Assembly (NCBI GenBank): GCA_026936335.1
Contig: JAPMXV010000017.1
Location: 240,456 to 304,455 of the forward strand
Reading direction: 5' to 3'
Source: Mantamonas sphyraenae STR306
Taxonomy: Eukaryota; Protista; CRuMs
DNA: 64,000 bases
Shown in pieces: positions 52,548 to 62,900 of the stretch (position 1 is its first letter; every line of letters starts with the position of its first letter). Below the pieces are notes generated by a model that saw nothing but the letters and a program-made list of their open reading frames with translations, was not told where the DNA came from and did not search any database. Position numbers and translations under genes: made by a program.

Positions 52548-53996
52548 ATGTGGTCGATGCGGGCGTGGCTGGTGGGGTTTGTGCTGGCTGCGTTGGCGGC
52601 TTTCGCTCACGCGTCCGCAGTGGTCCCACACGACGGCATGGCCATCAACACAGACACTGTGTTTGTGCCGGGCGTCTATACGCTGCCGCAAGGCATCTGG
52701 ATCAACGCCAGCGGGGTCACCGTGGACTTTGGCGGCGCCACGCTTGTGGGCAGCGGAGGGAACGGCGTCGGCGTCACTGTGCGCACAAAGAGCGGCGTGA
52801 CCATACGCAACGCCGTGCTCAGAGGCTACTACTACGCAGTGGGCGCGTGGACCAACGAGGCCCTGCAGGTCGTGGACAGCATCCTCGCGGACAACCACCG
52901 CGTGCAGGACGGGAAGGACGCACAGCCAATCAGCATCAACGTAAACGAAACGAGCTTTGGCGACCGTCAAGTGCTCGGTGGAGGGGTGTTTATGTACGAG
53001 TGCAGCAACTGCCTGCTGCGCAACCTGACGCTGGAGAGGCAGAACTGCGGCCTGACGCTGTTTGGAGCGCCCAAGACGCAGGTGGTGAACAACCACGTGC
53101 GCAACGTCAGTGCATTTGGCATCATGATTAGTCGTGCCAACGGCCTGACGGTGCAGGGCAACGATGTGCGCGACGTAGTGCGAGGCGGCGCGGGTTTTGT
53201 GTGCGCCGGCAACACATCGTGCAACAGCGCCGGCGTGGCGCTCCTGTGCACAGCCATCGCCAACGCCGTGCTGGGCAACACAGTGCAAGGGTGCGAACGT
53301 GGCATCTGGCTCACGGGAAACAGCGAGGACTGCTGTCCGCCCAACGACAACGCAGTGACAAGCAACGTCGTCCAGCAGAGCACGCGTGCAGGCATCCAGG
53401 TGGATTTCAGCCTGGAAGACCGCGTCGAATCCAATGTAATCAGCGGCGTGAGCGCAGGCAGCGGGCTCGTGGTGGACTATGCTCAGCGTGGGGTCGAGGT
53501 GCGCGGGAATCAGGTGTCCGGTTGTCTGCGCGCAGGGATTGCTTCAAGCCACGGCAAGAGCCTGGTGATCGAAAACAACGAGGTGCACAACAACGCATAC
53601 GGCGTGCTGCTCGACACAGACCTGCAGCAACACCTGAACACGGTGTCGGGCGGCTGCTTCTCGTTGCCAGCGCAGCGGTGGTCGCAGGGACACGCCGTGC
53701 ACGGGAACAAGCTGGTGGCCAACACGTTATACGCCGTACTTCTCGAAAACACCACCGACAGCGTCGTGTACGACAACGTCATGCAGGGACCGGCAGGCGA
53801 CACGACGTCGCCACGCGCCGCGGATCTGCAGCTCAACAGCAACAACAGGTGGTTTGTCACACCACGCCCAGGCACAAATGTCCTTGGAGGCAACATGATC
53901 TCGGGCAACTGGTGGGACAAGAGGTCAGAGAAGGGACGGTGGAGTGAGGTGGGCTCGCTCAGCTTTGGCGGCGACGAGTTTCCCCTTGACGGGTGA
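52548..53996 (+). CDS. Secreted right-handed parallel beta-helix protein (NosD/CASH-like, prokaryote-type)
   Basis: Signal peptide; IWINASGVTVDFGGATLVG and GVTIRN; repeated N.(V/I)..N..GI units; terminal GTNVLGG..GNWW..DEFPL resembles prokaryotic NosD-domain proteins. Confidence 0.75.
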   Translation: MWSMRAWLVGFVLAALAAFAHASAVVPHDGMAINTDTVFVPGVYTLPQGIWINASGVTVDFGGATLVGSGGNGVGVTVRTKSGVTIRNAVLRGYYYAVGAWTNEALQVVDSILADNHRVQDGKDAQPISINVNETSFGDRQVLGGGVFMYECSNCLLRNLTLERQNCGLTLFGAPKTQVVNNHVRNVSAFGIMISRANGLTVQGNDVRDVVRGGAGFVCAGNTSCNSAGVALLCTAIANAVLGNTVQGCERGIWLTGNSEDCCPPNDNAVTSNVVQQSTRAGIQVDFSLEDRVESNVISGVSAGSGLVVDYAQRGVEVRGNQVSGCLRAGIASSHGKSLVIENNEVHNNAYGVLLDTDLQQHLNTVSGGCFSLPAQRWSQGHAVHGNKLVANTLYAVLLENTTDSVVYDNVMQGPAGDTTSPRAADLQLNSNNRWFVTPRPGTNVLGGNMISGNWWDKRSEKGRWSEVGSLSFGGDEFPLDG

Positions 53997-54013
53997 GGCT
54001 CAATGAACCATTT

Positions 54014-56041
54014 TCATTGGCTGTTCCACGCATACCCATAGTCTGACACGCGTTGACGCTTGTACGACGGGTACTCGTCCTCGGCAGGCGGCTCAAACTC
54101 GCGTTTCGAGGGGAACCTTGAGGCGATGGGCGACGCAAGCTCAAGCTCGTCCACCTGGTCGTATGTGATCGGCCTGTACGGCAAGGACGAAAACAGCTCC
54201 ATGAGCAGGTGAAGCAGCTCATAGTATGCAGGCTGCCTCCTTCGTTTCCCTCCCAGGTAGCACACGCGCAGATCCGTGTCGGTGACCTTGCGCTCGACCA
54301 CCGCGCGCAGGCCCTCGCGAATGCGACTGCACCCCAGGCCCGGTTGCAGTAGACGCGCAAACAGGCAAAACTCGACGGGAGGGATGGGAGTGCAGTCCAG
54401 CGCAAGCGAAATGTTGGTCAGAAACCCGCACAGGTTTGAGCTGACGAGCACGTGGTAGGCATCGGTGCGAAAGTAGCGCGGGTCGGGCACATCTGTACAT
54501 GGGTGTTGTGCAGCCACGCCCACAAGCTGGTTGTAGAGCGCCGTGAATTCGCGCCTGGTGCACGTGCTGCGCTGATCGGTGCTAGATCTCCACGTCAGCG
54601 TCGTGATCACAGGCTCCCACACGTACATGGGAGGCAGTTTCGCGTCGAAATCCATCTCATCCAAAAGGTACCGGTCGCAGGGGTGCACGTTTTTCTCATT
54701 GAACTCGTTCTGCAGGCGGGCCTGCTCGGACAGGCTGAGAGGTCGCTTGGGAATCGCTTGCAGGGCCTCGAAGAGGAGGTGCAGGATAAACATGTTGGGC
54801 TGCGGATGGTTCTCTGGGTCCGGGATCCAGCAGACCCGTAGGCTGTCGTATGAGACGCCCTTGGAAAAGACGGTGCGGAAGACAATGCGCGTGGTTTCCA
54901 GCCGTACGGTCTTGCGGATCAGCCAGGAGAAGAAATGCATCTCCCCTTGTCCAATGGGCAAGTTGCCTATCGACAGAGCAACTGCAGCCATGAGCTTGCC
55001 CGCGCTGGCGTATTGCACAAGGCGCAGGGCCTCTGCCTCTTCATACACAGAGATGCCACGGCGAGGATACATATCCACGCGAGCTTGAATAAGCTGCATC
55101 AGCTGGTTGTACTCCATGTCGTTCGAATAGATGCGTTGCGTGGTATGACCAGCGTGCCAGCCAAGGCTTTCCACGCCAGCGGGCAAAGTTTGGGGTTGCG
55201 CCACTTTTGGAGACCGCTTGGAATCTTTGGGGGACGACACAGAAGAAGATGAGGACGCCTTGGAGGCGGAGGAAGATGTGGAGAGTGAGCGGGGCCGGGG
55301 GCGGCGTTGATACGGGTTGGAATAGTCGGTGACGGGCCGGGATCGCAAGTTGAATCGGTCGCCTCCGCGGTCGACGGTGGGCAGAGAGACGGGCGAATCG
55401 GTGCCCGATGTCGAACGTGGACCTGTGCGTACTGGCGACGCGGAGGGCGAACGCGTACGCGAGCGGGTTGACAAATTGGGAGGGGAGGGAGGGGGCGATT
55501 GCGACCGCGAAGGGGACGGGGAGCGCATACGCGACGTGGACGTGGCGTAGCCGGTTGTGTACTTTGCTTCCTGCTCGGAAGACTCGAGGGTGGGTGCGTC
55601 CATCCAGTCGGAGCCGTTGAGACTGAAGAGCGGGCCGGTATCGCCGTCCTTGATCCAGACGGTTGCGCCAGGATCGAAGTTTGAAGAAATCAGGGAGCGC
55701 CTGCTGGCTGTGGAAGTGCCTTGGAAGGCAATGGACTTGTCCTTGCGACGTGCAGGTTCGCGCTGGGTGGTGGAGTACGGCAGATTGGCGTTCCCGGCTG
55801 GGATGGTTGGTGTGGCGGGCACGGAAGAGAAAGCTACACTCGACGAGGTTGGGACGCCTTGGGGAAAGTCGGCCGAGGGCAGGGGAGGAGGAAGTTTGAC
55901 CGATTTCAAGTCGGCAGACGAGAGGACGGCGGCAGAACTGTAGGAGGATTGTGGGGGCTGCCAGAGCGTTGGGCTGCGGGAGACGAATTGCGCTGACGAG
56001 GTGACAGGGACGGATGGAGATGAGGAGGACGGGTACGACAT
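54014..56041 (-). CDS. Uncharacterised nuclear protein: S/P/R-rich N-terminus plus two copies of an unrecognised helical domain
   Basis: 675-aa ORF. Its C-terminal half aligns by eye with the repeats of the 59947-63507 gene. KRQR near the C-terminus. Confidence 0.75.
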   Translation of the reverse strand: MSYPSSSSPSVPVTSSAQFVSRSPTLWQPPQSSYSSAAVLSSADLKSVKLPPPLPSADFPQGVPTSSSVAFSSVPATPTIPAGNANLPYSTTQREPARRKDKSIAFQGTSTASRRSLISSNFDPGATVWIKDGDTGPLFSLNGSDWMDAPTLESSEQEAKYTTGYATSTSRMRSPSPSRSQSPPPSPPNLSTRSRTRSPSASPVRTGPRSTSGTDSPVSLPTVDRGGDRFNLRSRPVTDYSNPYQRRPRPRSLSTSSSASKASSSSSVSSPKDSKRSPKVAQPQTLPAGVESLGWHAGHTTQRIYSNDMEYNQLMQLIQARVDMYPRRGISVYEEAEALRLVQYASAGKLMAAVALSIGNLPIGQGEMHFFSWLIRKTVRLETTRIVFRTVFSKGVSYDSLRVCWIPDPENHPQPNMFILHLLFEALQAIPKRPLSLSEQARLQNEFNEKNVHPCDRYLLDEMDFDAKLPPMYVWEPVITTLTWRSSTDQRSTCTRREFTALYNQLVGVAAQHPCTDVPDPRYFRTDAYHVLVSSNLCGFLTNISLALDCTPIPPVEFCLFARLLQPGLGCSRIREGLRAVVERKVTDTDLRVCYLGGKRRRQPAYYELLHLLMELFSSLPYRPITYDQVDELELASPIASRFPSKREFEPPAEDEYPSYKRQRVSDYGYAWNSQ

Positions 56042-56301
56042 GTATGGGGATGTGGTCGGTGCGTATGCCGATGTGGAGGTGTGTTTCGTGTCGTTGTGGA
56101 AGAGGAAGCTGTGCGGGGAGACGGGGAGGAAGGTCGAGGCGGCGGAATCCGTGTCAGAGTGTAAGTTCTGGGAGGAGGGAGTGGGGAGTGGAAAAGGGTG
56201 GGTGGGTACCTTTGTATTGCGCTGTTGTGTCGTGAGGAGCCTTTTTGTTGTTGGCTCATGATGGATGGGTGGGGATTTTTGTTTGGTTTCGAGCGCGCGA
56301 C

Positions 56302-56492
56302 TCAGGAGCTGCGCTGGCGTTTGGAGGAGGAGGAGGAGGAGGGAGGAGGAGGAAGTGTCTTTGCGCTTGGTGAGGGTGAAGGACGGGATGGGGTAGGCGT
56401 TGACGAGTGCGGTGGTGGTGGGGCGGGTGGTGATGTGGGGTGTGATGCGGTCGATGAGGGTGTGGAGGAGGGTGTGCAGGAAGGCGTCGCTG
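56302..56492 (-). pseudogene. 3'-terminal remnant of a paralogue of the 59947-63507 repeat-domain gene
   Basis: Near-identical to 59955-60128. Encodes SDAFLHTLLHTLIDRITPHITTRPT..LVNAYPIPSFTL.KRKD. An in-frame TGA lies just upstream, and there is a frameshift in the TCC run. Confidence 0.85.
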
Positions 56493-56571
56493 CCGTCGGA
56501 TCAATGTGCCATTGGGAAGGAATGCAACCAAGGGTGTGCAATGCGTGTGTTGCATTGATGCCTGCACACTG

Positions 56572-59422
56572 TCACTTGTCCGAGGTTTCTTGGCCTTTCT
56601 GCACTTTGGACTCGTCGTTGTCATCATTGATCATCATCATCGATTCCAAGAGACCACCGTAGTACTCAGTGTGGTTCTGACCATGCACCACATACACCTG
56701 TTTCTCTCCTTCCGTCGTCCACTCCTCCAGCTGCTCTTCCAGTTCGGGAGTCGGGCCCTTGACGCTCGTGAAGCCAAACACAATGTGTACCTTGCCATTC
56801 TCGCCTGCCAGCGGCTGAAACTTCTCACGGACAACCTCCTGATGCTGCATCACTTTCTCGTACTCGCGTTTGATCAGTGTAAGGCTCACCTTGTCCTTTG
56901 CGTGAATCCCATGCTCGCTGAACTTGCACTGGATGCACTCGACCACCACCCCGTCGGCTGCGGGATGGACAACTATGACATCTGCAAACGGTGCGTTGGT
57001 CCCATTCATCATCTGCATGCTTGTCTGCAGGCCATCCGGATTCGCCTGGACCAACTTTGCCACCTCCTCCTCCACAGTCTTTGCGTTTGCGGGGAAGCGT
57101 TCCCTCAGGTCCACGGTCATCCTGGCTTTCAGGTTTGTGGAGTACTGAATGTGGTCCAGGTTGAAGCGCAATGATCCTCTGTGCCACCGAAACCCGTCCA
57201 GCAATGCGTAGTCCGGTGGGCTCTCGATCAGTGCGAGAGATCGCAACACGTGAAAGTATTGTGATTGCTTCTCGTAGTGTTGCCACACTCCAACCTCGTT
57301 GAAGTCGGTGATGCGTCGGAGCAGTTCACTCTTGCTTGCCGCTTCACTCCCTTGCAGACCGAGGGGAATCGGCATCACCTGGCCTGCGTGGTGGACCAGC
57401 AGGCCACAACTCATGTGCTCTTGCACAGTGTTTCCACCAACCTTGTCACTAATTTGAATTGTCTCCTTGAACAGGTGCATCCGCGTGAGCGTTTTGGCCA
57501 GATCTGCCGGGAAGTCTGCTGTGTACGTGTCATGCCTGATTTCTTGAACAGCGCGTTGAAGTTCACATTGAATGGTATCCGGCGATTGGGAATGAATCTC
57601 CTCGTATCGCCTTGCAATCCGATCAACCGCTCTCGGCAAACCGTACAGCTGCCGCAGATTGTGCAACAGCAGAGTGCGATGATCTTCATCTGGCGTCAAG
57701 TTTACAAAACCGAGCACAGCATCCAGGGATTCCTTGAGACTGAGTGTGGGCACAGCCAGCGGACAGTCGCTGTACCCGTAATCGTAAGCAAGGGCACCCA
57801 TCAGGTACAGGTCCCGTGTACCCGCAACGGCAACCACGGCACGACACGGATGTTCTTGGTCGTTGTACACACCACTGATCCTGCTGACGCTGTTGACAAT
57901 GCCAGCGGCTGATTGGATCACCTCTTGCATCCTGACCCTGCCATCCGGCTTGTATGGATCAGCCAGCTTCTGCACTTCGTCGTACCCAAGATACAGAAGC
58001 ACAGGGGCACCTCCGTTCTGACTCTGTGCGTGCTTAACGATCAACTTGGCTGCTTCAACGGGTGTTGGCAGCCATTTCAGCAACTGCTCAAGTTGCACCA
58101 CGTGTTTCTCACGGAGACGAGCGTCGGCGCCCCGGTCAACGGCGTAGTCGTACAGCATGCGCACACCGAGGCCTTGGGCACCCCATCTCCTCTCAATATC
58201 TGGCTCGTTCTGATTGTTCAGCGTCAAAAGCAGTGGCAGCACCTGCAGATGCGGCAGTTTTTCCTGTGTGACTTGTCGCAGAGCATCCGTCAGCTCCATC
58301 AGCATGCGCGTCTTGCCAGTTCCAGGCATGCCAGTCACTGAGTACAGAAGCGAGCCGGTTCGGTTCTGAGCATTTCTGGTCAGTTGAGACTCAACACGCA
58401 AACGAAAGCTGTCCAGTGCATCCTGCCGATTCTGAAGTGGGATTTGCATGGCCAAGTTCGTGCCGGTGACGTTTCCCAAAGGCGTGTTCTTCTTGCTGGG
58501 ATCAAAGCAGGGCTCCATCTCCAACAATTCGGCAAACTGCTCCACGGACGTCAGCTCCACCCGCTCCACTGCGTGTTTGTCAGTGCACAGAGTGTCAGCG
58601 ACGTCATGGACGGCTTCTGGGAACGTTGGAACCTACCAAGGGGTGAAATGTTTGCAGCTGCTTCCCACAAGCCTGTGGGGAGTGGGTGTGTGTCAGCGAA
58701 AAACGGTGTCGGGATGGAGTGGGCGTCAGGAACTCACGATCTCGGTACGCCCGGGCCTTGTGCAACTCGGAGTTCGCGTTTTCTACCCGACGTTGGTACA
58801 GCGCAGCTGCAAACTCATCTCCCTTTCTCTTTGCATCCAGCAGCAACGCTTGGGCTTCATGGACGTCCGCTTCGGCTTTTTCGACCTTTGCTTCCAGTGC
58901 TTCGACCGCCACTTTCGCCTTTGCAATGGCCACTTTCCCCTTTGCCTTTGCCACTTCAGCCTTTGCCTCAGCCTCATCCTTCTCCTTCTCATCCACGAGA
59001 CTCTGCAAGGCCTCCTTCTTTCCTTGTGGGCTCAGTCGCAGCTGTTTGCGAGCTTGGCCCAGTTCTGCGGACAACGACTCTACACGGTCGCGCAACCTCT
59101 CCAGGCGCTCCTCACGCTTGTTCAGCTTCCTTCTGGCCTCCAAGAACAACTCCTCAGCACTGACAGTGACTGTAGACTTGCTACAGCGCTGCACGACAGC
59201 GGCTGTGCCGTTGAGCCATGGTGATGATGAGGACAACGTGTTCCTGCCCTGCCACGACCGGGCCGCATGCAAACTGGCACCCACAGCCACGTCGTGTCGA
59301 GGATGCATCGTGTTATGATGGGCAGTGACGTGCATCAACGTGGTTCGCACTCGTGGAGTGCCTCTACGAAGGGTTCGGCCAAGCAAGGAGCCTCCTCGTT
59401 TGGACACCCTGCGTGCGAACAT
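56572..59422 (-). CDS. Crinkler/RHS-type effector: coiled coil + P-loop NTPase + PD-(D/E)xK restriction-endonuclease-like domain
   Basis: Exons 59422-58738, 58672-58637 and 58568-56572; introns 58673-58737 and 58569-58636 are both canonical and in frame. Walker A GMPGTGKT, Walker B LYLGYDEVQ, GLPRA, nuclease motif FADVIV...IQCK. The start codon is uncertain. Confidence 0.75.
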
Positions 59423-59946
59423 TTGGCTGCGATGGGGCAGCATGCATCGCACATCCACATAATTCAACCGTGCGTGTCGTGTGGGAGACCATGGCTTCTG
59501 CGTAATGCATTGCTTGTCCCATGCGCCAGGGTCGACTTGGCGCGCCCTGTGGCACAACAAGGCACACACATTCCAGAATGGGGGCATTCGTCAGGTGATA
59601 AGCGTGATTGGGACGTGAGGGTATCATTTGCAAGGTGGCAGTGCATGGACAAATGCGCCGGATGACCACGACGAGGACCAGGAGTGCAGGATGGACACAC
59701 ACACCAACAACAACGTTGCGACGGTGATGAGCAACAGCGGAAACAATACCAACACCAGCAACACCGCCAATGTGACGGCGATGTCGATGCTGAGCAGGGC
59801 ACAATCCAAGATGAACACCTCGGTGTCTGTGGGGTCGGCAAAAGGGCTTCGGAGCGGCGGAGCGAGGCCCTGTGCCAAGAAGGGGAACGAAATGTGATGT
59901 GTGAAGGGCAGCAAATGATGGAGTGGATCGGAAGGAAGGAGGGGAT

Positions 59947-62900
59947 TCATTCGAGGCGTTGGCGTTTGGAGGAGGAGGAGGAGGAGGAAAGGTCTTTGCG
60001 CTTGGGCAGGGTGAAGGAGGGGATGGGGTAGGCGTTGACGAGTGCAGGGGCGGTGGGACGGGTGGTGATGTGGGGTGTGATGCGGTCGATGAGGGTGTGG
60101 AGGAGGGTGTGCAGTGTGGCGTCGCTGGGTTTGGGGTTGTCGAGCCAGGCGATCTTGAGGGAGAGGGAGGTGACGCCGCGGGTGAGGGTGTGGCTGATGG
60201 CACCTTGCACCTGCAGGCTGGTAATTCGTGGTCTGAGTAGGCGGAGAAAGAAGGCCAGGTCGACAGGCGGCACGCCAACGTTGCCCAGCGCCAGGATGAC
60301 GTGTCGAAGCAGGGACTGCTTGCTGCCGTTGTTGATCAGCTCACGCAGTGCCTGGTGCTCGTATGTGTGCTGATGGCGAGGGTACTTGGCTGCGCGTGCC
60401 TTCATGTGTCCCAGCAGCGTCTGGAACTCCCGCGCCGTGCAGCTGCCACGCTCATCGCTGAGACGGCTGCTCCAGCCACTGCGTACAGGCTCAGGATGCC
60501 ACTTTTCCACGTTGGTGGTGGCGAGGTGGTGGTCGTAGTCGCATTGTGTCCAGTGTGGGTCGCTGTCGTTGTCAGCAGGGCGTCGTGCTTTCTGCAGCAA
60601 CAGCTGGGTCTGCTCGTGCTCCTCCCAGGTGCTGGGATGGGGCCTGTCGCCAAGAGTGTCCATCTCTGTCATGAGCAGGTGGAGGAGGGCGTAGTTGGGG
60701 TCGCCGTGGTCGTGTGGTTCCTCCAGCCAGCACACCTTCAACTCAGACTTTGTCACACCCATGGCCAGACCAGCGTCGTGGATGGCAAGGCTGCATGCAT
60801 GTCGATCCACATCACGGCCGAGAAGGGTGAGGCAGAGGGCCATGTCACCCTGGGAGAGGGGAATGTTGCCCAGAGCGAGCTGAATCTGTCGGATCAGCGT
60901 GTTCAGGGTGCCATGGCAGACCACAACACGCGCCTGCAGGATCATGAGATCCGAGATGTCGTCGATGGGATGCTCGTTCGCCAGGGTGTACATGTGATTC
61001 AGCAGCGCCGTGTGCTCCTTCTTGTTGCTGTGCATGCGCTCGCTCTTGCGCCAGTTTGTCCAGCCACTGCGCACAACGCCATCTGGCAGCCCATCCTCCA
61101 TGGCCATCATCTCCTCCTCTGATGGCTCGGGCAGAACGAGCTCTGGGATGCGGAGGGCGTTGAAGGCATCGATGGTGGTTGGTCGGGTGGTGGTGTGGGA
61201 TGTGATGCGGTCGATGAGAGTGTGCAGGAGGGTGTGCAGTGTGGCGTCGCTGGGTTTGGGGTTGTCGATCCAGGCGATCTTGAGGGAGAGGGCGGTGACG
61301 CCGCGGCTGAGGGTGTGGCTGATGGCACTGGAGGCATCCTTGTAGTTGAGGTGTGGCCTAAGGAGGCGGACAAAGAAGGCCAGGTCGACGGGCGGCACGC
61401 CAACGTTGCCCAGCGCCAGGATGATGTGTCGCAGCAGGGACATCAAGCTGCCGTTGTTGATCAGCTCACGCAGTGCCTGTTGCTCGTGTGCGTGCTGATG
61501 GCGAGGGTGCTTGGCTGCGCGTGCCTTCATGTGTGCCAGCAGCGTCTGGAACTCCCTTGCCGTGCAGCTGCCACGCTCGTCGCTGGTGGGTGCACAGTTC
61601 CAACCACTGCGCACAGACTCAGGATGCCACTTGTCCTCCTTGGTAGTGGTCAGGTGGTGGTCGAAGTCGCATTGTGTCCAGTGTGGGTCGCTGTTGTTGT
61701 CAGCAGGCCATCGTGATTTCTGCAGCCGCAGTTGGGTCTGCTCGTGCTCCTTCCAGCTGGTGGGATGGGGAGTGTTGCCGAGGGCATCCATCTCTGTCAT
61801 GAGCAGGTGGAGGAGGGCGTAGTTGGGGTCACCGTGGTCGTGTGGCTCCTCCAGCCAGCACACCTTCAACCCAGCCTTTGTGATACCCACGGCCAGACCA
61901 GCGTGGAGGATGGCACGGCTGCACGCGTGTTGATCCATGCCACGGCCGAGTAGGGTGAGGCAGAGGGCCATGTCGCTCTGGGAGACGGGAATGTTGCCCA
62001 GAGCGAGCTGAATCTGTCGGACCAGCGTGCTCAGGGTGCCATGGCAAACCACAACACGCGCCTGCAGGGTCATGAGGTCGGGGATGTCGTCGATAGGATG
62101 CTCGTTGGCCAGGGTGTGCATGTGCTTCAGCAGTGCCGTGTGCTCCTTCTTGTCGCTGCGGCTGCGCTCGTCGCTGATTCCCGCTGTCCACCCTTTGCGC
62201 ACAACACCATCTGGCAACTTGTTCGTCTTGTTCACGCCTGATTTCTTCCCTGCGCTGTTGTCTCCATTCTTGGCCCTTCTTGCCCGTGTGCTCGACGTTC
62301 CTGTCTCCGTGCCACTGCCAGCCGTGACCTTAAGCCTGCGCTGTCCGCTGCCTTTCATCTTCTGTGGACCAGTACTGGTGAGGCCTCTGCGTCGTCGTGT
62401 GCGGACTCTACTTGTGCGTCTCGGCTGCCATTCGTCCGTGTGCTCCTGCTCCATGTCATCTGCGTCGTCGTCGCTGTCATCTTGCGGCATGTACTCCTCA
62501 TCCATGGCATCACCAGTGTCTGCAAAGCTGAGTGTGTCCTGAGTTACCATCTCGTCGTCCACGTGCTGCTGGGGTGTGTCGTTTGCCTCGCCGTCTTCTT
62601 CGTACGCCTCCATCCATGAGCTGGTCATCCAATCTGAGTTGCTGGACGTTGACCGTGGTTCACGGTGGCCAAAGTTCAGGAACATCAGGTCCTCCACGTC
62701 GCCGGTGTCATGTGTGCGTGTGTCCTGGTATGCGTCGTCGTCGTCGCTGTCTCCAGTCTGCCGTGTGGCCTGGTGGGAGGAGGAGGACGATGTGGTGGTC
62801 GATGTGGTCCGTGTGATGCCGACAAAGGCAGGGCTGATGCGTTTGGGGACGCGGTTGTGGTTTGTGGTGGGTTGAGCAGGCGGAGGGTGCAACGGAGGCT

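Noticed and set aside
56493-59620. Terminal inverted repeats or a target-site duplication around the NTPase-nuclease gene
   Set aside because: None found by eye, so it is not annotated as a mobile element.
59624-59950. Short ORFs (hydrophobic on minus, Asn-rich on plus) between the nuclease gene and the last gene
   Set aside because: The coding strand cannot be decided and there is no motif. It may be a remnant or UTR.
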